Positions 25,524 to 40,695 are shown, counted from the first letter of the stretch. The stretch: DNA of 64,000 nt from Octopus vulgaris (GCA_951406725.2 OX597822.1:27156001-27220000), one strand, 5' to 3'. The notes: generated by a model not told the origin, from the letters alone. Program-made: numbers and translations.

Positions 25524-26802
25524 CTGACAGGGGAGATAAGCGCCCTACGGCGAAGCTAGATCACTATACTAGACTAGTTTCATCTGAAATTTACAAGCTC
25601 TTGTCATTTTCAAACAAAACTAGTCTGGTAAAGTGATCGAACTTTGGTGTAGAACGGTTATCTCCTCTGCCACATTTTTTTCTCTCTTTGCCTCGAGGCA
25701 TTTTTCTAATGCGTCAGCTCAAAGTTCACCCGTCCTGTCTGTGACGCCTGTCTGTGACGTCCTGTTTTTTTTATTATTATTATCATTATTGTTTTTACGT
25801 ATTTTCGTATTCTTATTCGTGTTATCATTATTGTTTTTACGTATTTTTGTATTCTTATTCGTTCCCGTCCTTGTTTTGTATACATTCGAGGCTTTCTTCC
25901 AAGGAATCTAATGCGCTTGGCTTAGATTTTCCTTTGGGGCTGGCCAGGTCGGAGCAATCTCAAGATTAATCAGCCGAAATTGCGAGGATGATCCGGTTCT
26001 TGACTGAAGATTGAAGGCTTCGAATGTCCCGTCCGTGTTTTCTGTATCGTCTTCTAAATGTTTTGCGTTCTTGTCCCAGCTTGTATTTTTTTTTACATAT
26101 ACTGTACATATATATATATATATAATAAATTAATAAATAAATAAAATATATGCATATATGCATACATATATGTACGTACCTACCTCTACATGTATATATA
26201 TACATGCATATATGGGTACAGGACACCAAAAAAAAAAACGTCGAACACAATGAGAGATATATGGAGATGTGCTTTCTTGCGGCTCTAATGGGTTTTTAAG
26301 TTTTATTCATAACAATATAGGCACCCTCAGTCACAATTAGAGACGATTGAACCTTTCCTTTTCGGTCACACACACGCACACACATACACACAAACACACA
26401 CATACACACACACATACATACAATACGGCAGTATTTGGTTTGAATTATTTCTAGAAGAATGTAAAATACTTCTAATATAATAAGATTATCATTGCTGTCA
26501 CTAATGAGAACGAATGATACGCATGATTGCATTTTACAGTGAGTTAATTTTAAAAAATTTGCCGGTTGCGCAGTACACATTGTCGTTCTTTTAGTCTCCG
26601 GTTAAGCAATTAATTAAATCAACCTTTTCGAAGCCTTTTCGAACCAATGAAATCTCTCTTCGGTTGTTCAAGTTGCTCAACCGAAACGTGTCATCTCGAC
26701 AAAAGCCAAACACGCTGTATAATAAGTTCTGCATGAAATATTTTTAATTTTATTTCATTCATCTATTTATTTATTTACTTATTTATTGTTATTATCATTA
26801 TT

Positions 26803-27290
26803 AAGGCGACAAGCTGGTGGAATCGTGAGCGCACCGGACAAGATGCTTAGTGGCATCTCTTTCGGTTTTACCGTCTGCGTTCAAATGCCGACGAGGTCGA
26901 CTTTGCCTTCCATTCGTTCAGAGCGTGGGCTGCGGGGTCACTCCGAAAAGCTCTATCTACGACGATTTCATTTCAATCGAAGGAGAGGGGCTTTCTCCGT
27001 CCGGGTTGCGGATCCGTGGAGAAGCTGCCGGACGAGATAGTGAAGATGCCGACGACCGTTCGGTTCAAAGTCTCTCTTGACCAGAAATGGCCTGAACTCT
27101 TTGTATGACCACCCTCCCTCTACATAACTCCCTGCCCCCCTACGTGGTCTTGCTTTTGCTTTTTGAGCCAATAAAAATTGAATTGAATTGAATTAAAAAT
27201 AGTTCCAGTCAGGTACAAGGGGATCTATGCAACCGATACACACCCGTCTAGTAAATTTACTGGACTCGTCTTAAAATCTGAAGCCATTAT
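26803..27290 (+). mobile_element. Diverged family-A SINE with a nested LINE fragment
   Basis: SINE 5' part 26803-26923 resumes after about 27196. Confidence 0.7.
26924..27195 (+). mobile_element. CR1/L2-type LINE 3' end
   Basis: RGHSEKLYLRRFHFNRRRGAFSVRVADPW / KLPDEIVKMPTTVRFKVSLD (one frameshift) matches the CR1-group RGH..KL...RR.FS.RV...WN.LP..V...FK..LD terminus; aataaa and (AATTG)n tail. Confidence 0.88.
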
Positions 27291-27623
27291 CATTAAAATA
27301 AATGCCATTTTTTGCTCTTTTATAGTTGGCTTGGAGTTAAACAATAACCAGCTGCAAATTTAAGCGCGATAGAAAAAAATAACCCCACAGCACTCAAGAA
27401 GATAAGACATTTTCCCAATTTATTCTCGCCGCTATATAAATAATTTATTTACATCATATAAATAATGACATTGATTTATTCAAAACAACTATGTTAGAAG
27501 TATACGTTTTATTTCTTTTGCTGAATATCATATAAGCTCATTGATTTATATTTAATTTTTACATTGACGATGATAATTCATATGAGTTCCTCTCTATGCA
27601 TGTGCGTGTGTGAGTGTGTTTGT

Positions 27624-27701
<78 letters not shown>

Positions 27702-28983
27702 AACATTCATGCGCTTACAGTATGGATTTTAGTGAGAAAGTAGCAGAAAACGGCTACCAAAAGATTACACGTGATATCGTCGACGACACTTACTGGTCGC
27801 TTCTTTTCTGCTTTGCAACGCTCGCCATCATATAAAATCTATGTTCGATTTTTGGCAATGTGTCCATAATTCTTCTCCTTAATATGCAGTATCAATGATA
27901 TGATATTGGTTTGTTCTATATCCAAGATGATCGACCTAGCTTAACGTTGTTTCACGAATAATGCAAAAATGGCTGACAGCTGACACGATCGGTGAATATT
28001 TGAAAGCACAGGAAATGGACAGCCATACGGGACAGAGAGAAGAAAAAAAATCATCAACCTCATATACGTCCACTTCTCCTCAGACACATAGACATACGTG
28101 AGTAAGTTGGAATGTACTACAATTCGAAGCTGCTACGAATAGTTGATGTCTCCTGAATCCCATACTACCGTCTAAAACGAAGAGTATTTCTTTATTCACC
28201 ATAAGGTTGAGAAAAAGAGGGGACGATACGAGGACAGATAAAACAAGCATTGGGGTCAGGGTATCGAATGAGACGAAACGTATCAATTAACAAACAATTA
28301 AAATATATACAATTAAATGAGAATGAGTGATTAACAAACAATGAAGCGGAGGACGCAGTTGACCCCACAAATCACATACTCACACTGAAGACTTTGCTTT
28401 CTCCGTTTTTACACTCTCGTTTAAACAGGTTCTTTCACTCGCAACATACATGCTATAGACATCCATCTTTTATGAAACACACTTTGCGACAGGCATTTCT
28501 TCTCCAGCCTTATTTTCTGTTTCATGTGGTAAACGAAAACGTCGATTAGGTCGAGACTGGAGATGAACATGCCTGTTGCAATTCCTTTTACTCACGTCTT
28601 CCATACTACCTCTTTCGCAACAGCAACTACCGAGAGAAAACAGGTTCGCTCCTCCCTATTCAAGGAGGTTGGCGGAACGATCTAGAGCAACAATGTCGGC
28701 AGTGATATATAAAAAGGCGAGATGGTCTTAGCTGGAATGCTCTTCACCAAAGGTCTGGTATATCAGAATAGAGCTGGGGTGAAATGAACAAGTTAAGTAT
28801 GATACATACATACAAACAGATATGAATACATACATGCATATATCCATATATACATACAAACACACATACATGTAAGCATGCATACATACGTACAAACACA
28901 TACGCAGATTTGGAATACAAGCGAGATACATAGAGTATTTTGTATATTGTGTAGATACATATATATTCATATATAAGAGTGTA

Positions 28984-29225
28984 TATCACTTTGATCACTT
29001 TGACCGACCAGTCCGTCAGGCGTCCATTTGACACCGCTGGTCACAGCACGCTGTCCACTCCTCTCTGGATCGCGCCTTTCTCATCCACGTGATCCCAATC
29101 GTCCTCCTGAAATCGTAACTCCACCGTCGTGGAGGTCTTCCGGGTGGTCTTTTCCGCTCACGCGGGTACCACTCGACAACTGCGTGCGTCCACCGATTAT
29201 CCGGTGAGCCGGGCGACGTGTCCAG
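28984..29225 (-). mobile_element. RTE-like LINE 3' end
   Basis: DNRWTHAVVEWYPRERKRPPGRPPRRW...WMRKARSREEW; tandem tail (caaagtgat)2. Confidence 0.9.
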
Positions 29226-29491
29226 CCCATCTATATAGCCCATCTAAGAGTGTATATATATATATTGATGTCTCTTTGTGTGTTACATACATACGTTGCG
29301 AGAGAGAGAGAGAGAGAGAGAGAGAAAGAAAGAAGGAAGGAAAGAAAGAGGGGGAGTGGGAGAAACAAGGATAAACACAAGCTGAAATTAAATTTCCTAC
29401 TCTTCTTTCCCCATTATGATTTTTGGGAGTTCTGCAATAGATGTTTCAAATGCATATAGAAGCTCAACCATAACGAATCCTCAGGGATATA

Positions 29492-29521
<30 letters not shown>

Positions 29522-29526
<5 letters not shown>

Positions 29527-29610
29527 CTTATTGGTTAGAGTGCTCAGCTTACGATCCTAGCGTTGTGAGTTCACTTCGTAAATCGAGCAGCACGTTTAAT
29601 TTCATGTTCT
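29522..29610 (+). mobile_element. Degenerate tRNA-headed SINE (family E); related copy at 45191-45300
   Basis: Shared start gtgacttattggttagagt and B-box-like gagttca. Confidence 0.5.
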
Positions 29611-29879
29611 TAGTCAGAAAGGAATGCCAGACTACTGGAGCAACTCACTCTCCGTCTGTCATATCTACGCGGTGTCGCTAGATCAAAGTAGGAGCGAATC
29701 GAGAAGGTCCCTGTGTCTGATTGCGATTACATGACACCATAAAAAATACAGAAAATTTGGTGCATGTTTATTGATCTATATTGCTTTGCGAATGACAGCT
29801 GGATTTTATATATATATTTAGTTTGACATCCATGCGCGCTCATGCAAACACACGCACAAACATACGGAGACATATATAT

Positions 29880-30109
29880 TTCTTTACTACCCACAAGGGG
29901 CTAAACATAGAGGGGACAAACAAGGACAGACAAAGGGATTAAGTTGATTACATCGACCCCAGTGCGAAACTGGTACTTTATTTATCGACCCCGAAAGGAT
30001 GATAGGCAAAGTCGATCTCGGCGGAATTTGAACTCAGAACGTAACGACAGTCGAAATACCGCTAAGCATTTCGCCCGGCGCGCTAACGTTTCTGCCAGCG
30101 CGCCGCCTT
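29880..30109 (-). mobile_element. Full-length family-A SINE
   Basis: TSD atacggagacatatatat at 29862-29879 and 30114-30131. Confidence 0.95.
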
Positions 30110-30485
30110 ATATATACGGAGACATATATATATATGCATTTGTTTGTGTGTGTGTGTGTGCAGAAAAGAGCGTATAAGCAATAACAAAAAGAAAATAAGG
30201 AAAATGTTGATTATATGGGAAACAATAAAAGAAAATGAAATGTTTTCAACGTTTCGGACGTAAATCCTCCCTCAAAATGAGAGATAGGAGGGAAGAGAAC
30301 ATTTGGAAGGACGATAGTGTCCAAATCAGTACCACCTCTTGAAAATCCACTTATGCAATAAAACGAGCGTCGTTTCTCGATTTTCTTTCTTAATGATCAG
30401 CCATGTTGTATATTTTTGTCTGAAAGATTGCTTGGAAGCACAAGCTTCTCTGACTATTGTTTCTACAACATTGAGTTAATAACAT

Positions 30486-30536
<51 letters not shown>

Positions 30537-30541
<5 letters not shown>

Positions 30542-30790
30542 TTTGAGGGAATATTATTCCTAACTTACAGGGGAAAATTCAATATAGAAATACTAAATCA
30601 AATTTCACAAAATATAATATATATATAAAAATTAGAAAACAAACACCTTTTATCAATTCAAAATGAACAATTAAATTACACCATCTAGAAAATTACATAT
30701 AATAGAAATATTAAAATTAAAATAACAATAATATACCGAAGATTAAGTAAATTGCAAAAAAATAATAAAAACGTATATATTTGGTATATA
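30537..30790 (-). mobile_element. AT-rich repeat terminus related to 9624-9720, next to (TA)n
   Basis: agggaata..ttcctaacttacaggggaaaattca versus agggaataaatccaaatttacagggaaaaaatca. Confidence 0.5.
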
Positions 30791-31499
30791 TACTTTACAT
30801 ATATATATGTACATATGTATGTGTATGTATGTGTGTGTGTGTCTGTGTGTGGTAAGTGTCTGTATGAATGTGACTGTGAGGGAGAATGAATGTATGTATA
30901 TCTCCGCATAAGCGAGTGCCATAAAGATTTTGTACAGCGTATGTATCAGTGTTGTGAATGGTTCGTGTAAATACGTTTATAAGATTAAGACTGCTTTTGT
31001 GTATAAGAATGATTGCATGTTTGTGTATGTGTGGATGAAATATGCGTTTATAGGTGGGTGTGTGAGCGTGTGTATTGTGTGCGAAGTGCAAACCGACAAA
31101 AAGAAAGATATAAAGAGGGAGCAAAACGTTAAATATAGACTTGTCAGAAGATAAGGGGTCATTGATGAAACGTTTTGAATTGCAAATGAATGTAAAACAG
31201 AGACACAAGACTTTCTGTATAGTGATGAGAAGTTGAGAAGTTGAACGTGGTAGAATAATGTTTGATAAAAAATAAGAAAAAAATAAGAGACGTGGGAAAG
31301 TGTGTACGAATGTCGGGTTCAGAGGAAGGGTTAGCTACGAAGTTGATATGAAGACAATGAGTAGTGAAAACCACTTGCAGAAATAGAGGAATGGAGCGAT
31401 GCCAAGCACGCGCGTACGCACGAACTAACGAAACGAATGTACTTACAGGTACACTTTACTCACATTCACATACATACATACATATATATATATTTTTTT

Positions 31500-31916
31500 C
31501 TCTTTTTACTTGTTTCAGTCATTTGACTGCGGCCATGCTGGAGCACCGCCTTTAGTCGAGCAACTCGACCCCGAGACTTATTCTTTGTAAGCCCAGTACT
31601 TATTCTATCGGTCCCTTTTGGCCGAAGCGCTAAGTGACGGGGACGTAAACATACCAGCATCGGTTGTCAAGCAATGCTAGGGGGACAAACACAGACACAC
31701 AAACACACACACGCACACACACACACACATATATATATATATACATATATACGACAGGCTTCTTTCAGTTTCCGTCTACCAAATCCACTTACAAGGCATT
31801 GGTCGGCCCGGGGCTATAGCAGAAGACACTTGCCCAGGATGCCACGCAGTGGGACTGAACCCGGAACCATGTGGTTGGTTAGCAAGCTACTTACCACACA
31901 GCCACTCCTGCGCCTA
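31500..31916 (-). mobile_element. Full-length family-B SINE
   Basis: Reverse complement of the 22393-22825 type. Confidence 0.95.
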
Positions 31917-32311
31917 TATGTGTATTTGTGTGTGTGTGTAAATATATACATACATATATTATATCCGGATCACAACTTTACATTTATACCAATTAATGAT
32001 TGATGCACTTGGCTTTGTAAGTAAATGCCTAACTGTGAATCTGGATCAACTTGGATTTTTCAGAAAAAGATATCAACTGGCTGACTCGCGCATTACAAAT
32101 AAAATATGTAAGTGGAACAGCAAAATTATGCAGGACTTTTCCTGGGTTTAAAATGTGAAATAGTTTTCGTTATCTACATTCCAACGATGGAACTTTGTAT
32201 CTTGTTAGAACCCCAATCCTTCTTCAAAGGAAGAATTTAAATGATTAAGAACAGAAAAGAACATGCATAGATACATTCATACATACATACATACATACAT
32301 ACATACATACA

Positions 32312-32342
<31 letters not shown>

Positions 32343-32361
32343 GTGTATGTGTGTGTATGCA

Positions 32362-32423
<62 letters not shown>

Positions 32424-32427
32424 TCAA

Positions 32428-32580
32428 CGGGATTCTTTCAGTTTCCGTCTACCAAATCGATTCACAAGGCTTTGGTTGGCCCAAGGCCATAGTAGAAAGC
32501 ACTTGCCCAAAGTTTCACGCAGTGGGACTGAACTTGGAACCACGCGGTTAGGAAGCAAGCTTCTTACCACACAGCCACAT
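32428..32580 (-). mobile_element. Family-B SINE 5' half
   Basis: ttctttcagtttccgtctaccaaatc...cttaccacacagccac. Confidence 0.85.
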
Positions 32581-32760
32581 TTATTAAGCATTTATATATA
32601 CTAGAGACTGCTTTTGATTTGGTATCAACCAATTCACGTCTAAACTCTGGTATGTTGTCTGTGTTGCTATTGTTGCTATTGTTCAGAATCAGCTCAGCAA
32701 ATGATTAAATGTATGCCAATATTCCAACTGTCACCCATTCTTCTTGTCTTTTAGAGATTA

Positions 32761-33150
32761 CTAGCAGTATCACCCGGCGTTGCTCGGGTTTGTAAGGGAA
32801 ATAACTATAAAGCATTTTTAGAGAGTTATAGCCAAAAAATAGCAAAAAATGCATTAAAAATGGAAAAAATATGATGGTAAATTTTTTTTAAATCGTTGAC
32901 TCATCGTAGACATTTTTAGAGAGTTACTTCCCTTATATTTAAAAAATGCATTAAAATGGAAAAAAATGATGGTAAATTATTTTTAAAATCGTAGACTCAT
33001 CGTAGACGCGCGCTAATACCCAGAAGGGCTCGATATGACTCACGACTATAAGATACCCGGTTTTGGTTAAACTGCACCGCAAAATGTGGGAGTAGTTAGG
33101 AATCTAAATCGGAGTAGATAGACACACAACCTTACTTTTATATATAAAGA
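32761..33150 (-). mobile_element. Non-autonomous Helitron
   Basis: On the minus strand it starts TC (a|tctttatatataaaag) and ends with GC hairpin cccgagcaacgccggg followed by CTAG|t; A-T target, no TSD; internal ~65-bp duplication. Confidence 0.88.
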
Positions 33151-33899
33151 TATTGTCCAATATATTCTTCATTAAATTAAGGTGTGATTCAAATTAGATT
33201 TAGCTGCTATTTCAAGCAACTCGAACGGTCACCTAAAGGATTCCTCGTCAGAACGAGCCGTGTTCGTTATAGTTACAAGTCGCTGCTAGTATTTTTAAGT
33301 TACGTAAATATTTTGTATATTTTACTGTTGGGTGCTTGGTGTTAACTATTAATGTAACCCATTATTTATACAGTGACTTGTATTTATATTACCTTCGCGT
33401 TACCTTTTTGCTCGTCTCCAAAGAAATATATCCCGTTAGTGGGGATAAGTATTATCTACTGTCACGGTTGTCGTGATCATGTCGAACAGTTATTTGTATC
33501 CCTGCCTTTACGTCAGAAATGCAAATGACAGCGCATAAAACAACGCTTCTCTTAGACCAGAGAGAGGGAAGAAACAAAATTAAGCTCTCCGTCCCTTTAA
33601 CAGGTAGAATAGCATTAAAGCAAATGCAATACGTGTAATGTATGTGAGGGGAAAGAAAAAATAAACAGATCTGACATAAATGACCGAAAAATACGTCTTA
33701 ACACGGAAATATCTTACATCAGCAATAACAAATAGTAATATAATAAAATGAAAGATAATAATAATAATTGTTTCTAGTATAGGAACAAGGCAACAACTTT
33801 TAAGGTAAGCGGTTAATCGTCTAATTCGATTCATATACATACAGTAGCTGCTATGATTCGGACAGCGCACCAACTTTACTCTGAAGAATACTTCTTTCT

Positions 33900-34098
33900 C
33901 ATTATGGAAAAGGTCAGCAATTTTGAGAAGGTGAAGATGATTACATCGATCACAGTATTGTTGCTTTATTTCATCGACTCCGAAAGGATAGAAAGCAAAG
34001 TTGACCTCATCAAAATTTGAACACGGAACGTGAAAACGAATGAGATGCCGCTAAGAATTTCTGTCCGACGTGCTAACGATACAACCATCTCGCCAACT
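33900..34098 (-). mobile_element. Degenerate family-A SINE
   Basis: atcgactccgaaaggatagaaagcaaagttgacctc...cgtgctaacgat. Confidence 0.75.
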
Positions 34099-35974
34099 TA
34101 ACAACAACAACAACAACAACGCCATAACGGTTTCTTTTATTCCTCACCTAGGTGACAAATGAAGGGGACAATTCAAAGACAGACACTAAGTAAGAGAATT
34201 TACATAGACAGGGATGATTTATTTTAAAAAGGAGTGAGAATCCGAGTGGGTATTCTTTTACAAAAGTAGGGGTATGTGATTTATAGGTTGAGATTATCAT
34301 CATGTGATTGTGTGACATTTGCACAATTCCCAGGAGGATTAGATGCTTAGAAAAGGAATTTCGGAGATTGGAATCAGTAAGTTAAAAACAAATATAATCA
34401 AGCGTACTCAATAAAAATAAGATAAAGCCAATCATATATATTGTTATTTTTATGTTGAAATCCGAAAAAATCAATAGCACTTAACTTGAATCTCTTGGGA
34501 TGAAAAACCGAGGTGCCTCGAGCTTCCGCATCCTTTCGACAAGGCAGATAACAAATCATTTAATTTATCGTTAATCTCTTAACGTATATTTTAAGTTTTT
34601 TTAAAGATTTAGATTTAACGTGTTTTAATTGTTGTTCTTATATTTTGTTTCTCCCTCGTGCACTCTACAACATTAAATTAGTAATGTTTTATGATACGCT
34701 AAGCTACAATTTTGGCTGACATTGACATGTTTGAATGACTTTCCTTCTAAATGGGAAATTAGATATACACTAACAAGAGGAAAGGAGGTACATCTGTTCT
34801 CTAATACCACCAAATAAAAATTTCTTACGCTGGAATAAGCTAATAACATTTGTTGGGTTGTAATCGCCAGAATTGCTTCTATAACATACATAGTATCCAC
34901 TTCATTCATACATCTGATGGTTTAAAAGGCAAATCTGATCGTAGCTGAATTTAAATTCATAACGTTAGAGAAGCGAAACTAATTTCTTAGAAGTCTAAGA
35001 TCTTTGTATATTTTGCATTTCAATCGATTACACTTAGGCTTCATTTATTTCTCGAATTGGTGTTCCATCGATTGCTACGATAGTTTGATAAAAAAATAAT
35101 AATACAAAGTTGATTGGTTTCGTGTTTGAGGTTACTTAGTGGTAGTGGTGGCGACAGTAGATTAAATGATGTGAAAAGCTCCGCTCATGTTACTCAGCGT
35201 AAATTGTATAACACTAAGCACAGAATAAGTTTGATTTGGCGTGTTGTTAGAGGCATACAATGCAATTGTGGGTTGTAGAGTCTAATTCACTGTTGCAATG
35301 TACCAGTGTTGTAGGTTTAGGGTTATCGTCTCTATTGTATTGTCTTTGCTTTAGAAAACCTGTTGCTAGAAGCGATTGTAATCGCTATGCTTGGTTATCA
35401 TTTTGAACTTTCGAGTGAAGTTTTGTATCTATGATGCATAGCGAATGTGTTCACTTGTTTATGGCCAATAAACTTTTATTTTCCTTTGGCAGCTGCATAG
35501 GCGGTCCTCTTTGTCGTCTTTACTTTAAACTTGTTTCATTTCATACGTGATCCGTTTCATAGTTACAACAGAAATTATAAATGTAGTTTTTCCTATGATC
35601 TCACCTCTCTCTACATCTCTCTTTCTCTCTGTCTCTGTCTGTCTGCCTCTCTCTCTCTTTCTTTTTCTCTGCTTTGCTGATGTTGTTCATAATAGACAAC
35701 AGCTCTTTTGTATCAAACTTAGAAATTTACTGTAGCTTGCACCAGGGGACTCTTGTGTGTACGAAAACACTATGTAAGAAACTTCTGTTTAATTTTTGCA
35801 TTATTTCCTTTACTCCAAATAGTGTATTTCACCGTCTTCTAATATCTAATGATTTAAAATCTTTTACCTGATATCTATATTTCTAATAGTTTTTTTTTAC
35901 CTCTGGTATTGGTGAATTTCATTCGGCATTTTACTAAAAGAAACGTTGTTTTATTTAGAATGATATCTCTTTTA

Positions 35975-36198
35975 TCTTTTACTCATTTACTTGTTTCAGT
36001 CATTTGACTGCGGCCATGCTGGAGCACCGCCTTTAGTCGAGTAAATCGAGCGCGGGACTTATTCTTTGGAAGCCTAATACTTATTCTATCGGTGTCTTTT
36101 GCCGAACCGCTAAGTTACGGGGACGTAAACACACCACCATCGGTTGTCAAGCGATATTGGGGGGACAAACACAGACACACAAACATATACACACACAA

Positions 36199-36229
<31 letters not shown>

Positions 36230-36393
36230 CAAATATACGAAGGGCTTCTTTCAGTTTCCGTCTACCATATCCACTCACTAGGCTTTGGTCGGCCCGAGGC
36301 TATAGTAGAAGGCACTTGCTCAAGTTGCCACGCAGTGGGACTGAACCCGGAACCATGGGGTTGGGAGGCAAGCTACTTACCACACAGCCACAG
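35975..36393 (-). mobile_element. Family-B SINE
   Basis: Full match to other B copies. Confidence 0.95.
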
Positions 36394-37017
36394 GAAAAAA
36401 ATATAGTTATCGAAGTTTTGTTGGAATAACGTAAGTTAACGAAACCTATCTTAGTGCTCTACTAATATTTGTTTCATTATTACCATATTACTGAAATACG
36501 AACTCGAGTCCAGTCGGATTTTAGGTTAGGATAATGAGATAACGAATTATCGTATATTTGAAGAAGTACGAGTCTTTAACTATTTGCCTCACCAAAGTAT
36601 TTTCATATGTTTGTGCTAAACTTCCATGCTTGTTTTCAGACGTTTAGCTAGCCCTCGTTTCATACCTTCTGAATAATGTAATGCGGTCCTTTAATAAGTT
36701 CCAAGTTATTCAGGTGGTTGAACAGAAAGAAAAAAAAATGGTAACATGTAACATATATGATGTTTTGACACCAGAGAAATATGTCGGGTGTATCACTTGT
36801 GAAACACAAGGCACGCAAAAAGTTAAAAAGTCCCAAGTAAATTTATCTTGCGAAGAAAAGGCAACTCTATATAAGGACTAAGAAATTTCACTTAATTCTA
36901 TACATATATGTATATACAAAGATGTTCATATATACACCGGCGACATACATACCTACATATGTATATATATATATATATATGTATATATATAAATATATAT
37001 ATATATATGTGTAGATA

Positions 37018-37065
<48 letters not shown>

Positions 37066-37068
<3 letters not shown>

Positions 37069-37463
37069 TTTACTCTCTTTTACTTCTTTCAGTCATTTGA
37101 CTGCGGCCATGCTGAAGTCGAGCAAATCGAGCGCGGGACTTATTCTTTGTAAGCCCAGTACTTATTCTATCGGTCTCTTTTGCCGAACCGCTAAGTGACG
37201 GGGACGTAAACACACCAGCATCGGTTGTCAAGCAATGCTAGGGGTACAAACACAGACATACAAACACATACACATACATATATATACATATATACGACAG
37301 GCTTCTTTCAGTTTCCGTCTACCAAATCCACTCACAAGGCACTGGTCGGTCCGGGGCTATAGCAGAAGACACTTGCCCAAGATGCCACGCAGTGGGACTG
37401 AACCCGGAACCATGTGGTTGGTTGGTTAGCCAGCTACTTACCACACAGCCGCTCCTGCGCCTA
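37066..37463 (-). mobile_element. Family-B SINE
   Basis: Full match with a short deletion near the tail. Confidence 0.95.
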
Positions 37464-37471
37464 TACGTGTG

Positions 37472-37860
<389 letters not shown>

Positions 37861-37919
37861 TGTGTTACGTGTGGTGTACAAATATTGAATACTGAGAAAA
37901 AAGGTCACCAGACAATGGT

Positions 37920-37952
<33 letters not shown>

Positions 37953-37990
37953 AGAGAGCGGAGAAGGGGTTTCCCCTTCCTATTCACCAT

Positions 37991-38044
<54 letters not shown>

Positions 38045-38109
38045 AACCTATCTACCTACCTATCTTTCTTTTTGTCTCCATTGGCATGGAACCTCACCCC
38101 GAAAACAAA

Positions 38110-38193
<84 letters not shown>

Positions 38194-38198
38194 CATAC

Positions 38199-38281
<83 letters not shown>

Positions 38282-38483
38282 GGAAAGAATAAATGCGGTA
38301 AAAAAAAATGAGAGAGTACGATTCGACAGCTCTTTAATAACCACTACACATGTTTCGATACAACATAGATCCACATGTTTACAGGATTTAAATTTAAATT
38401 AAGTTACGGTTGTATAATAGGAACTTGTTGTATCTTCTCAGATGATAAGTAAATGTTTGATTTCGATGCTATATATATTTGTA

Positions 38484-38602
38484 GGTCGACTTTGCCTTTC
38501 ATCCTTTCGAGGTCGATAAATAAAGTACCAGTTTCGCACTGGGGTTGATGTAATCGACTTAATCCCTTTGTCTGTCTTTGTTTGTCCCCTCTATGTTTAG
38601 CC
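38484..38602 (+). mobile_element. 5'-truncated family-A SINE
   Basis: ggtcgactttgcctttcatcc...gtagtaaagaaata. Confidence 0.92.
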
Positions 38603-38640
38603 CCTTGTGGGTAGTAAAGAAATATATATATATATATATA

Positions 38641-38690
<50 letters not shown>

Positions 38691-38721
38691 GTATTATATA
38701 ATACTATATTATAGTATATCA

Positions 38722-39125
38722 TGGGCGCAGGAGCGGCTGTGTGGTAAGTAGCTTGCTTACCAACCACATGGTTCCAGGTTCAGTCCACTGCGTGACATCT
38801 TGGGCAAGTGTCTTCTGCTATAGCCTCGGGCCGACCAATGCCTTGTGAGTGGATTTGGTAGACGGAAACTGAAAGAAGCCTGTCGTATATAAATATGTAT
38901 GTGTGTGTATATGTTTGTGTGTCTGTGTTTGTCCCCCTAGCATTGCTTGACCACCGATGCTGGTGTGTTTACGTCCCCGTCACTTAGCGCTTCGGCAAAA
39001 GAGAGCGATAGAATATGTACTGGGCTTACAAAGAATAAGTCCCGGGGTCGATTTGCTCGACTAAAGGCGGTGCTCCAGCATGGCCGCAGTCGAATGACTG
39101 AAACAAGTAAAAGAGTAAAAGAGTA
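38722..39125 (+). mobile_element. Full-length family-B SINE
   Basis: ggcgcaggagcggctgtgtggtaag head through (aaaagagt)n tail. Confidence 0.95.
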
Positions 39126-39669
39126 AGAGATATTATATTACATAAATCAGTGAATGTTGACGTAGGTATATAGACTGAACCTACTGACATTCTCCTCAAC
39201 ATTTATTACTTATTAAACGCCATGTGCATGTACATGAATGTGAAAATAAGTGGTGAGGTATTAAGAAAAATATTTCCGATCGGTCTTTGATATTGCATAG
39301 TGTACAGCAGCCACATGTTTTCGTTCAATACTTTATAACCATATTTCTATTTCTCATTACTCGACCTTGTCTTGTTAAAAGGTGTGGTACAAAAGCTGAT
39401 GGATGACTTACAACGCGGTGGAAATCAACGAACATAAAAGACTAGTCGGTAGTTTCTCTCTGGGGAAGTTAGTGTACACAAACAATCAGGTGCTAAGCAA
39501 ATAACTAATAACCAGGTGACGCATGATAGCAGCATATTTTAATACAAGCTATCGATTAAGGATCGATTTATTTCTCGAACGCGCGTGTGTCTGTTGCTTT
39601 TTAATACTTCTAACACTTATATATTTTTTCTTGTAAGTATGTAAACGAATCATATCTTGATATGGTTGT

Positions 39670-39839
39670 AGATGTAGTTAAGAAACTCGCTTTACAGCCA
39701 CGTTGTTTCGATTTCAGTTCCAGTGCACCGCGCCTGAAGCGAGTGTCTTGTATGATAGCGCCGGGCCGACAAATGACTTGTTAGTGAATTTGGTTGGCGG
39801 AAACAGAGTGGAAGCCCGCCGTATGCACACACACACACA

Positions 39840-39902
<63 letters not shown>

Positions 39903-40210
39903 TTTTTTCTCGCCCTTTTCAAGCCTAGCCAGGCTCATGGACCCGGATTCCCGGTTTCTGTGGCGTATGTGTTCCCCCCAGCTGGAGGGGTACACCAGTC
40001 CATCACAGCGTTACTCAAGAAACAGGAAGAGAGAGTGAGAGAAAGTTGTGGTGAAAGAGTACAACAGGGGTCGCCACCACTCCCTGCGGGAGCCTCGTGG
40101 AGCTTTTAGGTGTTTTTGTTCAATAAACACACACAACACCCGGTCGGGGAATCGAAACCGTGATACTCCGACCGCGAGTCCGCTGCCCTAACCACTGGGC
40201 CATTGCACCT

Positions 40211-40242
<32 letters not shown>

Positions 40243-40480
40243 TTACACACATATATATTTACGTGTATGCATGTATGTGTATGTGTGTATGTCTGTGTCT
40301 GTGTTTGTGTACGTAGCATTGCTTGAAAACTGGTGTTGGTGCGTTTACGTCCCCGTAAATTAGCGGTCCGGCACAAAGAACCGATAGAATAGGTACCAAA
40401 GTTAAGAAAAAAGTACCGTGGTCGATTCTGTAAGGCAGTGCTCCAGCATGGCTGCAGTCTAATGACTGACTGAAGTAACC
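39670..40480 (+). mobile_element. Old family-B SINE whose internal microsatellite contains a family-C SINE (39905-40213, minus strand)
   Basis: B 5' half 39670-39822, B 3' half about 40285-40480, C head (minus) ggaggtgcaatggcccagtggttagggc. Confidence 0.8.
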
Positions 40481-40695
40481 GATGAAAAATATAAATGTAT
40501 GAAGCTTCAAAATATAATCATAATAAGACAATCATATCCTATCGTCTTACAGAGTAAAATTGCAAGCACTGGAATACAGCAGAGGCACCACTCCGGTGAC
40601 TGAAAGAGTACGGGAGATCCCTACGTTTATGTATGTATGTATGTATGTATGTATGTATGTATGTATGTATGTATGTATGTATGTATGTGTGTATG

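Noticed and set aside
26640-26700. cggttg/caaccg hairpin followed by aaacgtgtc
   Set aside because: No CUGANGA upstream
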